Part shown: one piece after another, positions 14,532-28,416 of the stretch
How positions within the stretch are numbered: the stretch's first letter is position 1
How the letters are laid out: the number at the start of each line of letters is the position of its first letter
Assembly (NCBI GenBank): GCA_964016885.1
Contig: OZ024742.1
Coordinates: forward strand, 293,384,001-293,448,000
Source: Eledone cirrhosa
Lineage: Eukaryota
DNA length: 64,000 nt
Direction: 5' to 3'
Notes under the pieces: generated by a model
Databases searched by the model: none
Told to the model about the DNA's origin: nothing
The model's input: the letters and a program-made list of their open reading frames with translations, nothing else
Made by a program: the position numbers and the translations under genes

Positions 14532-15070
14532 TTGAGTGTAAGGATGGACCTAAATACCTTGTGATGTTTGTTTAGTGTAACCTTACTCTCACTCTATACA
14601 CTGTGGAGTGTGGAGAGGGAGCTAAATACTTTGTGGTACTCATTTAGTGCAACCTTACACTCCATTAAGCGTAGGAAGGAAACTAAATATTTTATGGTGT
14701 TTATTTAGTGTAACCCCACCCCAACTCCAAGCACTGAGTTTAAGAAAAGGACTAAAAACCTTGTCTTTAGTGTAACTCTACTCACTCCATTGGGCTAAAT
14801 ATATTGTTTTAGTGTAACCTTACACTTCATTGAGTGTGGGAAGGGAGCTAAATACCTTGTGTTGTTTATATAGTGTAAAACTTCATATTTAGTATAATCC
14901 TATACCCACTCCATTGAGTATGATAAGGAAGCTAAATACCTTGTGTTGTTTATTTAGTGTAACCCTACACTCACGAGTGAGAAGGGAGCTAAATACCATG
15001 TGTTGTTTATTTAGTGCAACCCTACACTCATTCGAGTGAAGAGGGAGCTAATACCATGTGTTGTTTAAAC
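14532..15070. repeat. Degenerate tandem array of ~9 units (~55-60 bp), each an imperfect hairpin
   Basis: Consensus GAGTGTGGGAAGGGAGCTAAATACCTTGTGTTGTTTATTTAGTGTAACCCTACACTC. GAGTGT/ACACTC and CTAAATA/TATTTAG are complementary pairs. Confidence 0.85.
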
Positions 15071-15644
15071 CTCTACCTACTACAATTATTTTCTTGAAAC
15101 TGTTTCCTTCCCATATTACGACAATCCAGTTGCTAATCCCTCTAAATGCAACTCATGAATTGCTATGACTGGTTTATTAAGAAATGCCAGTAACTGTTTC
15201 TGCTCTATCACTTTTAACCCTTTAGATTCTGTTTAAATTGAACAATCATAGTTATGACTGCTAATTCATGAATGCTTTTTTAACCCTTACCCTACTTTAG
15301 CAGTTACTAAAAGCCATTTGGCTCTGTTGTTTCCCCACTCCTTGTGTTTTGAATAGATGACCCAGCAATGCACCTCATGTGAAGTTTTATAAACTTTGAT
15401 ACAAATTAGTTTGTCTACACACAGAGGTTTAACACAACCAAAAAAATTAAGTCTTCTTGCAAGAACTGGTTCATCTGCTCTATCATGAATTAAATACTCA
15501 AAAGTGATTTTTTTTAATAAAAAAAAAAAAAAAAAGAATATTTGTTTTAAAATATATAAAAGATATTGAAAAGCTGTGAAAGAAATAATTCTTAACATTT
15601 CTACAAAACAACCATTTTTGTTCCTGCACTTTATATTATACAGT

Positions 15645-15810
15645 AGGCAGCAAATTGGCTCAGTTGTTAGAACATTGGATAGAATGCTTTGTGGTATTCA
15701 TTCCGGCTTTCTGCATTCTGAGTTCAAATCCTGCCGAAGTCAGCTTTGCCTTTCATCCTTTCAAGGTCAATTTAAAAAAAAGTACCAGTGTAGTACTGGG
15801 GTCGATTCTT
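15645..15810 (+). mobile_element. Family A SINE copy
   Basis: GAGTTCAAATCC B box and the GCTTTGCCTTTCATCC...AAGTACCAGT...ACTGGGGTCGAT core. Confidence 0.75.
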
Positions 15811-17392
15811 CCTCTATATCTTTCTTCCCTTCTCTCACTGTCTATCACTTTCTCTGGAAGAAATTGGCTATAATCAGACTTGGAGAGATACGGGCTCTGC
15901 CAGGTTTTAAATGCCCAAGATACACTGTATGTCATGATGGCATCCCTATGACTGTCATATTATACAGTGCTGCTAATATGATGATCATGAATTTATCAAG
16001 ATTTATAATTATATAATCTTTTCTTTATAAATCAAAAAGCTGTGAGAAAATATTTTTCCAGAACAATGAATTCAAATTTGCTATCTTAATCTTAAACAGG
16101 GACCAGTAATTATTTACATAATGTAAACATTGAGTGCTGAAGTCATTAAGGATTTCTTCAACCTAGTAGTTAAGATGTTGGACTCATGATAGTGCAGTGT
16201 CATGACCAGACAGAACATTGTGTTCTTGAGCAAAATACTTCCCTTCACGTTGCCAGTCCACTCAGCTGAAAATGAGTAGCAGTTGAACCAGCTGTCCAGA
16301 AGAGTCTTGTAGCCTTAGTCACTTAACACCAGTGAAACCAAGATAAGCTCTTGGGGCTTGGGACAGACTTCAACTTTTTATATACCAGTGCTAGAAGAAG
16401 GGTGACAAATTAGTAAAGTTATTACCATTTGGATTAAATGCCTTGCAGTATTTGTTCCAGCAATTCAACTCCTGCTGAAGTCAACTTTGCCTTTCATCCT
16501 TTCGAGGGTTGATAAATAACAATACCAAGTCCATGAGTGGTGAAATTGTTAGTGTCAGACAGGATGCTTTGTAATGTCTGTTCCAGATCTGTGTTGTGAG
16601 TTCAAATGCCACTTTCTGTCAGGCAGACAGTATCACCAATGGAAACAGTGTATTCTTGAAATTCTGGCTAAATATTAAATAACCAGGCACAGTATGTGTG
16701 TGTCTATTGTTAGGATTACCTGTTCCAACCAATGGGTTTTGGTCATGCTGGGGCACCACCATTGTCCTTCTCTGGCTAGTTTTTGAAGAATGAGGTGGAG
16801 GGGTTGATACTGCTGCCCTTCCTTTGTGATGTGGAAAGAAAAAAAATCTATATTCTGAGCTAGATTGGATATTAAATCTAATTACTTCAACATATTGAAC
16901 ACTAGACATGGAAGCAATAACATTAATTTACTTTTTAACTAAAAATGTTAAAGAAAAATTTTAATATTTAAATTTATTTTTCACACTGCCATAGGTAAAT
17001 GTTTTCTCAAATTAAACCTTTATACCTTGTTAATTTTAGCCTGGCTGACAGTTGATAGTTCTGAGAGCAATTTGGACCCAAAATAATATAATTCACATTT
17101 GTACAGATACAGTAAAGGATTAATTGAAACTGCATGTATGTGTATATAAATTAATGGTGTAGATATCTTCTGATGAGACTTAAAACATAAGTGATTAAGG
17201 ATCATATTTTTTCAATCTATAAGGAAATACATATATCTATATACTCAATGTGTATATTTATATACACACTCATGCAGTTAATGTATACATGCTTAGTGCA
17301 TAATAAAATAATAGTCTCTCTGCATTTGACCCTTGGTTATTAAACCCAGTGCATTTCTAGTAGAATACCTATCAACAACCCTATTTCCTTAA

Positions 17393-17541
17393 CCCTTTAG
17401 CAGTTGCATTAATCTATATTTACTATTGTATTTTTATGGTAAAGGCTTTATCTTACATAATATCGAATCTATGAGGTTTTGAGAACAATACCTTAACATA
17501 AATATGAGTGGCTGGTTACAGCCAGTTTAAATGCTAATGAG
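17393..17541. mobile_element. piggyBac-like MITE (same family as 55474 and 60155)
   Basis: TTAA|CCCTTTAGCA ... TGCTAATGAG|TTAA, with internal similarity to the other copies. Confidence 0.65.
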
Positions 17542-18195
17542 TTAATGTCCTGTACCACACGAAGCCACAATAGTAAGATTCTTTAAAAGTACAAAACAGC
17601 ACTATGACAGCAAATTTAAAATTGAAGTCTTCAGTTTACTGTAAATGTTCAAAACAATGTGTCCACTAGAAACATGAATTAACAAACCCATTTTTTTAGA
17701 TTTTTTCTGCTATATCATTAGAGGATGTTAAAAGTTAATTAAATTAAAGATTTGGCTAAGTATTTTTGTTATATAAAGCTTTAACAAGATGATGGCAGTT
17801 TATCCTTATGCCTCAGTACTCATCATAATACAAAACTGAGACCTCAATATACTTCTCTGATAATAGCTCGTTTGAAATCTAATACGATAATCAAAAACAT
17901 TTGCTCAAATTGTTTAAGCATAGTTTATGCTGATTGCTTTAGCATGATATATTTATGGACAATAAAAATAAAAAACAAAAACATAGCAGAAAAAAATATA
18001 TTCAAGTACTGAATTGATCATGTGTGTCCCCCCCCCCCCCCCTCCTCCCATAGCTATCTCTATATACACTGACTTTTTAAAAATAACTTTCACATCATTC
18101 TGTGACTGATTTTTACAGAAATCTGCTCCATCATGAAGATATTTCTAAAAATTAAAAATTATTTTATTTGGTCCAGTGATGTGAAGTGTGTGTGG

Positions 18196-18291
18196 CATTC
18201 ACATACCATATATAAAGTTTACTATCATTCACATACCATATATAAAGTTTACTATCATTCACATACCATATATAAAGTTTACTATCATTCA
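18196..18291. repeat. Perfect 30-bp tandem triplication
   Basis: CATTCACATACCATATATAAAGTTTACTAT occurs three times, followed by a partial unit. Confidence 0.95.
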
Positions 18292-18412
18292 ATTTTCAAA
18301 AAAAAAAAAAGTAAAAGAAAAAATTTCATAAATTGTGCAGAAGTAATGCACACTGACTGTTAAACAAATGTAAATTGTACATTCCTGCATTTTTTTTAAT
18401 GTAAGAACTTGG

Positions 18413-18418
18413 AATAAA
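18413..18418 (+). promoter_or_regulatory. Candidate polyadenylation signal for the CDK14-like gene
   Basis: AATAAA preceded by TGTA motifs and followed by T-rich sequence. Other AATAAA hexamers exist, so this site is not unique. Confidence 0.35.
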
Positions 18419-18817
18419 TACTTTCTGTAAAGATTGCTAAAAAAAAAAAAATTTTTTTTTTTGCTTATTTTTTTTTATATGTTTCAGCCATTTTACCCTT
18501 TTTGTGACTCTATTTCTAAGGAAATAAACTCAATTAATTGATGAAAAATTTCCCCGATTACCACAGCTTTGGTGCCTTTTCAGAGATCCAGGCCACTTGC
18601 ATACCTTCATTATTTAAGGCTTTTTATTATCTCGGCCCAAATTTCAGCCTCCAGGAGGTTAGTCTTTCCTCTTAGATGCACCTCATATTCATCAGATGTT
18701 GTGACCGAAGATAGCAAAGTTTTCTCTTCAAAGGAAAGAACCTCAAATGCGTGCCTGTTAGCAGGGGGACTCATCAGCCAGAATTATTTGCTGATCTAAA
18801 ATCTGATTCCAGCTTAA

Positions 18818-19582
18818 CCCTTTAGCATTCGCATTAATTTTCAAACGTCATGCTTATCTGTTCGAATCATTTTCAGTGGCGGTGGATTGGCAGTATCGGT
18901 AGAGGGTCGGACGCCATGCTTTGATGCATAGAGTTACGGCCTTTGCCATTCTGAGTTCAAATCCCGCCGAGGTTAACTTTGCCTTTCATCCTTACGGGGT
19001 CGATAAAATAAAGTACCAGTAATGCACTTGGTAATTGCTGGCCTTGTGCCAAACGTAGAAACAATTATTTTCAGTGGCATTTTACGGGGTCGATAAAATA
19101 AAGTACCAGTAATATACTGGGTAATTGCTGGCCTTGTGCCAAAAGTAGAAACAATTATTTTCAATGGCAGTATCAGTAGGTCGGATGCCATGCTTTCCAG
19201 CATAGTTATGTCCCTTTACGGTCTGAGTTCAAATCTCGCCAAGGTTAACTTTGCCTTTCATGATGCACTGGGTAATTGCTGGCCTTGTGCCAAAAGTAGA
19301 AACAATTATCGTTTATTTCTTGTTTATTCTGAATGTCGTCGTGTAAAACCTTCAAAGTCAGTATCGCTACTTTCATAAGCCATGTTGATACAAAAAAAAA
19401 TTTGTTGCGCTTTCAAAGTTAAAAAAACACTTGTTTTAAGTTGTTTCACTATATTGTTAATTTTTGCGGTAAGGGCCTAATCTCGCAGCAGTCTCGAATT
19501 GGCGAGATTTTGATGATGGTTTGTTTATTTTTAGAACGATTTTTTAGTGTGGGTGTTTTCAGGCGGTTTGAACACTAAAGGG
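18818..19582. mobile_element. piggyBac-like non-autonomous element carrying nested, partly duplicated SINE copies (18876-19310)
   Basis: TTAA|CCCTTTAGCATTC ... GAACACTAAAGGG|TTAA. Inside are one full and two partial family A SINEs. Confidence 0.65.
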
Positions 19583-19699
19583 TTAAACCCAAATTCCTCT
19601 TTATTGTCTCTACAGCAGCTTTTCACATCTGCGAGTGTAAAAGAGAAAACTTATTTCCAAGCCATGCTTTGTAAGCCTCCTTTGTTTAGATGGCATCCT

Positions 19700-21203
19700 T
19701 CATCATCATCATTTAATGTCCATATTCCACGCTTGCATGGGTTTGGACGGGAGTTTTCCCACTTGAGGCAAGAGTGGTTGTCTTGCTCGCATAGGACTGT
19801 CTGGCGGTTTTCTACGGCTGGATGCCCTTCCTAACACCAACCACATTTACAGTGTGGAGCTGGGAGGTTTTTACCGTGTTATCTACACGGCCACATTACA
19901 GCGTGGACTGTGTTTTTTTGTCGTGACACCTACACGACCTCATTTGTTTCGGGCTGGATGTTGTGACACCAACATAACTTTACATTGAAAGGGGGGGGTA
20001 GTGGAACGGGGGGGTATTTTGTTAGAGGTGCCTACTGACTGTAGTAGGTTTCACTTTGTACTTAGGTAAGGCGGGTCTTCTCTATTACTGTGTTGCGCCA
20101 AAGCTCTCGGTCCAGTGACATTGTCTTGGAGAGGTGTAAGTGTGTGAGGTCGGAATTTATCAAGTCGTCCCAGGTTTTTTATTGCTCTGCACTTTTTTAT
20201 ACAGTTGTCGTCTTTCATGCGCATCACGTGACCGTACCAACGTAGTCTTCTCTCGAGTAAACAACATCTGATTCCTCTTATTCCTAATTTCTCCCTTAGT
20301 TCATTTATGCTTTGCTGTTCACGTATATTACTATTACACATCCAATGGAGCTTGCAAGCTTCGTTCCTCTCCAGTCTGCGTATATCCTCTGCACACAATG
20401 CCCAAGTCTCACTGCCATGTAATATTGCTGTTCGTATGCAGGCATCATACAGCCTGCCTTTCATTTTTAGAGAGAACCCTTTAGTGGCCAATAGTGGTAT
20501 AAGCTCTCTGAACTTTTTCCATCCCGTTCTGACTCTAGCTACTGTACTTTCAGAGCACCCTCCCCCACTGCTGATTTTATCACCCAGGTAACAGAAGCTG
20601 TCCACTATTTCTATAGAATCATCTGTGCAATGGAATGAGTTAGTATTCTGTGGGCACTTGCTGCTACTTATTGCACCAGAGCACCGGCCACATATAAAAT
20701 CTATATTCTTAGTTAGCTTACCTGTGATCCCACTACATCTTTTATGCATCCATACTTTGCATTTGGGACATAAAATGGAGTTTCTACCTACTCCTTTCCT
20801 ACACACTGAGCATGGCCATTTCCCAGATGGGACCGGTGCCCTATTTTCCTTCCTACAAACTAGAACTTTAGTCTTAGCCAGGTTAATTTTAAGGCCTTTT
20901 GATTCTAGGCCATGCTTCCATGTTTGGAATTTCTTCTCTAGCTCGGCCATTGATTCAGCAATCAGCGTTAGATCATCTGTGTATAGGAGTTCCCATGGGC
21001 AGCTGGTCTTTAACTCCTCTGTTATAGCCTGAAGGGCAATAATAAATAGTAGGGGGCTAAGAACGGAGCCCTGATGAACACCAACTTTTCACTATATTCG
21101 TTGTTAATTCTAACCTTGCTGACTGTTTCTTTATACATGGCTTGTATAGCTCTCACAAGCCATTCATCAACACCTAGTTTTCTAAGGGCCCACCAGATAA
21201 TAA
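19700..21203 (-). mobile_element. 5'-truncated RTE-clade LINE (RT C-terminal half, 3'UTR, (GAT)n tail)
   Basis: Translation gives GVHQGSVLSPLLF...PWELLYTDDL (RT motifs), then FCYLG, ILHGSETW and RRLRWYGHVMRM. There is a frameshift near 21090 and a deletion near the C-terminus. Confidence 0.92.
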
Positions 21204-21232
21204 CCTGACATATTTATATATTTCCTCTTGCG

Positions 21233-21618
21233 CATCGGATCTGATGTCTGTATTATAAATCAACACTATCAGACTGCCTGCGTTATTGGATCTAATCCGC
21301 CAGCAGATCTGGTGTCTTTATTATTAGGCAGCGCTATCAGACTGCCTGTACAATTAATCAATACTATCAGACTGCTTGTATTATCAGATCTGATCTGATC
21401 TCTGTATTTTTTAGTCAACACTATCGGACTTCCTGTATTATCGGATCTGATCTTTGTATTATTAGTCAACACTATCAAACTGCCTATACTATCGGATCTG
21501 ATCCAGCATTGTATCTGATGTCTGTATTATTAGTCAACAGTATTAGACTGCCTGTATTATCAGATCTAATCTGGCATCGGATCTGATGCCTGTAATATTA
21601 GTCAACACCATCAGACTG
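21233..21618. repeat. Degenerate ~50-bp tandem repeat (about 7 units)
   Basis: Recurring ATCGGATCTGAT...TGTATTATTAGTCAACACTATCAGACTGCCTGTATT. Confidence 0.8.
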
Positions 21619-23784
21619 GGGTCAGTTTTTTTGTTTTTACTCTATATCACTTTGTCTCTTCCTCTCCTTCTCTGGAAGAAATCTGCTATGTTCAAAGCTG
21701 GAGAGGGATGGGTTCTGCTATACCAAGATTACACTTTTCTATTGCCTGTGTCTGGAGTACTGTCATTGGAGCTGGTTATTTCTGCTGGCTTTCTCTAAGT
21801 TCCTATATGTAAATAAAAAGAACCATGCCATATTTTGTGCTGAGGTATGAAAAAGAATGTTTATACTGATTGAACCATAGCTTAAATATATATACACATA
21901 CAAACCCATATATATAATATATATTGTATCTATATGTGTATTTAAGCTGCAGTACAATCATACATTCTAAAAGGTAAGGCATACACAAAATTGAAATAAA
22001 CTTGTATCATACACTTTCATGTCTAAAATAACATCAACATTATCTTCATCATTTTCCATCAGTTGATCAGGTCATCACTGTTTAACCCTGGTTTTATTTG
22101 ATGTCACTATCCTCCTGTACTCATACAATTCACTTTTCAGCAACAAGAAACAGGAAATCCATTGCTTTTTTTTTTTTTTTATATAAACTTGATAAAAAAA
22201 GAAATATTAGATTTCAAATAGTTTATATGAAGCAATGTGGAAATGTGGTTAGGAATGTTTGGGGAAAGAAAGTTAGAAATAAAGGAGTAAAAGAGACAAA
22301 CAAAAGAAAGTATATGGGAGTGTGATGGTAATAACCATCACACTCCCATTTGAAAGAGGAGACCTAACCACCTTCTTCGCCCACTTATTCCTCTGAGGGT
22401 TGTGGGGGCTGAGTCCTCAAACACTCTTTCCTGCAGGTCCTGCCAAAAGCAACTGATCCAGCTGTTTCCCCAGGCAAGACCAGCCAAGCTCATGGATGTT
22501 ATCCAACCATCTCGCTCTGGGTCTCCTGTTGGTTGGTTTTGCTCATAAAATCTGTCCAGCTATTCCTTCCTAAGACATTCTAAACATATGATCATAGTAT
22601 CAGAGCTGTGACCTCTCAATTCTGAAAAGGAGCAGCTCTACCCGGAGTGACTATCTGAGTTTTAACCCCCAAATAGAATAAAATGAAATAAAATATGAGG
22701 TAAAAATTAGCTGAGAAAATTTTTTATTTGAACATATTTCTTGACAATCATCTGTTTAAACAGCAGCAAATCGCTCTACGTTTGTTGCCCTAAAACAAAC
22801 AATAGATTACGCATTGTTTTTATATTGGAAGTTGACAGCAACTCATGCACTCATGGTTGGAAATAGTCACAAAATTTTGAAAAATAACTTTTACAACCCA
22901 TACCTAAAATGAATTGTAACAGACAGAATTCCAAAACAAAATGTGCAAGACAGATTAGATTTTAAAAAAAAATGTTTCTTACTTTTTAGAAAGGATCAAT
23001 AAAAATAATTGCCTTTTTTTTAAGTGGTATAATTGTTATTGTATGCTCAGGTTGACAGTTTGTCTTTTAGTTTTAAGTGTGACATAATATTGAAAATAAA
23101 AAATAATGCAAATATATAATCATCATCACAGGAGTGCCATGGGCATAGTTTGTCATTTATATATAGATGGTGGGGCTAACAGAATACAAAGGTGCCAGTA
23201 TACAGCATACAATACACACACACATAAATATACACATAAACATATGCATACACACTCATATATATGTGTGTGTGTATATATATGTAAAATAGAAGTCAAA
23301 CATCGAATGCTTGGGACACCGAACCACCTGTAACCATAGTTACACAGTTAACTAACACACACATATATATATATACACACAAACACATGCATATACACAC
23401 ACACACATATATAAGAAAGTTTAATAATTTGCTTGAAGCATTATAGGATGTGAAATGTGATAAAGCTTAGGAATCTAATACTATTGTGTTCTAAATATTA
23501 AGGCAACAAAATCAGAAGAAGGGGAAGAAAAACAAGACTCAGGGATGATTTTTACCTAGGAAATATATATTAGTCCCAATATTTTGGATGTAACTTCCCT
23601 TATCATAATATAAATATTTCCTAGGTAACATTATCTCAGATTCTTGTTTTTCTTCTCTCGATTTTGTTGCCTTGCTATTTATAACCCTATATGCATTGTA
23701 GCAGTTTCGTAGACAAAACCACTGACAACACACACTCATACAAATATCTATACATACACATACATATGTATTTGTGTGAATGGG

Positions 23785-23821
<37 letters not shown>

Positions 23822-23957
23822 TGAACAATGAAAACAAAAGGCAAAGATTAGTGCTAAATTAGTTCATTGTTTTACGAGTTTCACGATTGAACCAGTTTTA
23901 AACTAGTTAGACCAATATTCAACAAGGTACTCGATACTTTGGATTGAAGAGTGTGAC

Positions 23958-24046
23958 TATATTAAAAAGAGTTAGGGTCCGACGGCTGAGCTCTTGCTGT
24001 TGAAACAGCAAGAGGTCAGCCATTGGGCCCCAACTCTTTCTAATAT
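23958..24046. repeat. ~90-nt hairpin element, related to 56114-56220
   Basis: The arms of AAAGAGTTAGGGTCCGACGGCTGAGCTCTTGCTGT-TGAA-ACAGCAAGAGGTCAGCCATTGGGCCCCAACTCTTT are largely complementary. Confidence 0.75.
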
Positions 24047-24580
24047 ATATGTGTGTGTGTGTGTGGGTATACATATATATATATAGAGAGAAAACCAAGA
24101 GTTAACATGCTATAGTAAAATAGGTTCACACAGAAAAAGCTGTTGATATATAAAGAGCAATTTACAAACTGTTGGGAAAATGTACATGCAAAAGTATTTT
24201 CTGGTGTCAAATGGGTTTTGTTTTGCAGCAGTTTTAATGATGCCATGGAACAAATAGATATATATATATACACAAACACATACATATATATATACACACA
24301 CATACACATGTGTGTGTGTAATGTGTACCATCATCATTTAACGTCCATTTTCCATGCCTGCATGGGTTAGACGAGTTATCACATGAGACAATTCGGGTCA
24401 AGAGATTACATTGTGCTCATACAGCCCAATCTGTATTTTGGATTGGCTTCTATGGTTGAATATCCTTCCTAACACCAACCATATTACAGTGTGGATGGGG
24501 TACTTTTTATCATTGTGTGTATGTATGTGTATATATATATATATATATATAGGGAGAGAGAAAGACAAATACATGTGTGC

Positions 24581-24661
<81 letters not shown>

Positions 24662-25623
24662 CACACATATATATATATACACACACATATATATATATAC
24701 ACATGCATATATATATATACACATGCATATATACACACACATGCATACATACATGCACACACACACACATATGCATACACACACACATGCATATATATAT
24801 ATATACATGTGTGTGTATATGCAGATGTGTATGTATATATATATATATATATAATTGGAGGCTTAGTAAAATCTAATGTTTGGCGGTGTGCAGGCAAATT
24901 CGACCTACAATATGAATTAGTTAGCAAAGCACTCAACAAGGTAGGTCCTCAGAGTAGTAATATATGTTTAAATAGCTTGACAAATCGAACATTGTGGTAC
25001 GCAAAATCTAACAATACCAAAGTAACGATGCACACACATATGTATATATGTCTTTCTCTCTCCCTATATATATATATATACACACATATGTGTATACACA
25101 CATATGTGTATACATACATATATGTATACATGCATACATACATATATGTATACATGCATACATACATATATGTATACATGCATACATACATATATGTATA
25201 CATGCATATATACATATATGTATACATGCATATATACATATATGTATACATGCATATATACATATATGTATACATGCATATATACATACATGTATACATG
25301 CATATATACATACATGTATACATGCATATATACATACATACATGTATACATGCATATATACATACATGCATATATACATACATGCATATATACATATATG
25401 CATATATACAAATATACATATATGCATATATACAAATATACATATATGCATATATGCATATATGTATATATGCATATATGTATATATACATATATGCATA
25501 TATACATATATGCATATATACATATATGCATATATCCATATATGCATATATACATACATATATGTATACATACATATATGTATACATACATATATGTATA
25601 CATACATATATATGTATACATAC

Positions 25624-25978
25624 AAGATACACCCAAGGCTTGGGCCCCGTGCTATCCGTCCCATTCAAAAATCTAAATCGCAACTCATAACAACAATACG
25701 GCACAATTATTTCACCTCAATCGGCCCTGCTCTCTTCACCAGGACACGTCAAAACAGAAACTGACCACACAAAATTCAAGAAGTCTTTGGACAAATTCCT
25801 CCAAGTAATCCCGGACAAACCACCCACACCCGGATATATCTCCGCAAACAGTAATTCTCTTCTCGAATGGGCCATGGTGCCCAAATCCTGAATTGAAAGA
25901 CTTCGCCAGGTGGTGCTATTAAGTTAGACATGGCCTGGGCCAATACTGGCCAAAACATTTCAAAGTTATTCAAAGTTA
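25624..25978 (+). mobile_element. CR1-like LINE 3' end fragment
   Basis: Translates to ...GPALF / [16 protein letters not shown]...NSNSLLEW, which parallels the C-terminus at 34577-35008. It ends in a repeated TTCAAAGTTA tail. Confidence 0.65.
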
Positions 25979-27021
25979 TACATATATATATATATACGTA
26001 TACATACATATATATATACGTATACATACATATATATATACATACATATATATATACGTATACATACATATATATATACATACATATATATATACGTATA
26101 CATACATATATATATACATACATATATATATACATACATATACGTATACATACATATATATATATGTATACATACATATATATATATACATACATATATA
26201 TATATGTATACATACATATATATATATGTATACATACATATATATATATGTATACATACATATATATGTATACATACATATATATGTATACATACATATA
26301 TATGTATACATATATATGTATACATACATATGTATACATACATATGTATACATACATATATATGTATACATACATATGTATACATACATATGTATACATA
26401 CGTATATATGTATACATACGTATATATGTATACATACGTATATATGTATACATACGTATATATGTATACATACGTATATATGTATACATACGTATATATG
26501 TATACATACGTATATATGTATACATACGTATATATGTATACATACGTATATATGTATACATACGTATATACATTATACATACATATATACATATACACAT
26601 ATATACATATACACATACATACATATATACATACATACATATATACATACATATATACATATACATACATGTATACACATGTGTGTACACATATGTACAC
26701 ACATGTATACATATATATGTATATATATATGTATATATGTATATATATGTATATATGTATATATGTATATATGTATATATATGTATATATATGTATATAT
26801 ATATATATATATATGTTTATATATATATATGTATATATATGTATATGTATATGTATATATATGTATATGTATATATATGTATATATATGTATATATGTAT
26901 ATATATGTATATATATGTATATATATGTATATATATGTATATATATGTATATATATATGTATATATATGTATATATATGTATATATATATATGTATATAT
27001 ATATATGTATATATATATATG

Positions 27022-27070
<49 letters not shown>

Positions 27071-27079
27071 GTATATATG

Positions 27080-27142
<63 letters not shown>

Positions 27143-27143
27143 G

Positions 27144-27190
<47 letters not shown>

Positions 27191-27293
27191 GTATATATAT
27201 ATATGTATATATATATATGTATATATATATATGTATATATATATATGTATATATATATATGTATATATATATATGTATATATATATATGTATG

Positions 27294-27372
<79 letters not shown>

Positions 27373-27373
27373 G

Positions 27374-27432
<59 letters not shown>

Positions 27433-27477
27433 GTATATATATATATGTATATATATATATGTGTATATATATATATG

Positions 27478-27530
<53 letters not shown>

Positions 27531-27571
27531 GTATATATATATATGTATATATATATGTATATATATATATG

Positions 27572-27624
<53 letters not shown>

Positions 27625-27636
27625 GTATATATATAT

Positions 27637-28279
27637 CATCATCATCATCATCATCAACGTTTAACGTCCGTGTTCCACGCTTGCATGGGTTTGGACGGGG
27701 GTAGTCCCACTTGAGGCAAGAGTGATTGTCTTGCTCGCATAGGACTGTCTGGCAGGTTTTCTACAGTTGGATGCCCTTCCTAACACCAACCACATTTACA
27801 GTGTGGGTCTGGGAGGTTTTTACCGTGTTGCCTACACGGCCACATTACAGCGTGGACTGTGTGTTTTTTTGTCGTGACACCTACACGATCTCATTTGTTT
27901 CGGCCCGGATGGCGCGGCACCAACATAACTTTACATAGGACGGGGTGGTGTGGATGGGGTGGGGGTGGTGGTGGTGGGACGGGGTGTATTTTGTTAGAGA
28001 TGCCTACTGGCAAGGCGGGTCTTCTCTGTTACTGAGTACCGCCAAAGGTCTCGGTCCAGTGACATTGTCTTGGAGAGGTGTAAGTGTGTGAGGTCGGAGT
28101 TTATCAGCTCGTCCCAGGTTTTTCTAGGTCTGCCTATTCCGTGGCTACCGTCTATCTTTATTGCCCTGCACTTTGTTATACAGCTATCGACTTTCATGCG
28201 CATCACGTGTCCATACCAACGTAGCCTTCTCTCGAGTAAACAACATCTGATCCCTCTTATCTCTAATTTTTTCCTTAGG
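27637..28279 (-). mobile_element. Second 5'-truncated copy of the RTE LINE
   Basis: High similarity to 19700-20300. Encodes ...GRPRKTWDELINSDL..., and ends in a (GAT)n tail. Confidence 0.9.
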
Positions 28280-28285
28280 TATATG

Positions 28286-28360
<75 letters not shown>

Positions 28361-28416
28361 TATATTATATTTCAAATACAAGTCGATGTTGTTACGGTAT
28401 GTCGAATCTATTTATC

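Larger units (their letters stand above)
13736..18440 (+). other. Probable terminal non-coding (3'UTR) exon of the CDK14-like gene
   Basis: Long T-rich tract plus tttcag acceptor ending at 13735 matches the donor at 12705. The 3' end is only inferred from AATAAA at 18413. Confidence 0.45.

Noticed and set aside
20051-20950. Host zinc-finger protein gene or active retrotransposon
   Set aside because: It is part of a 5'-truncated RTE ORF with no endonuclease, a frameshift upstream and a deletion near the C-terminus.
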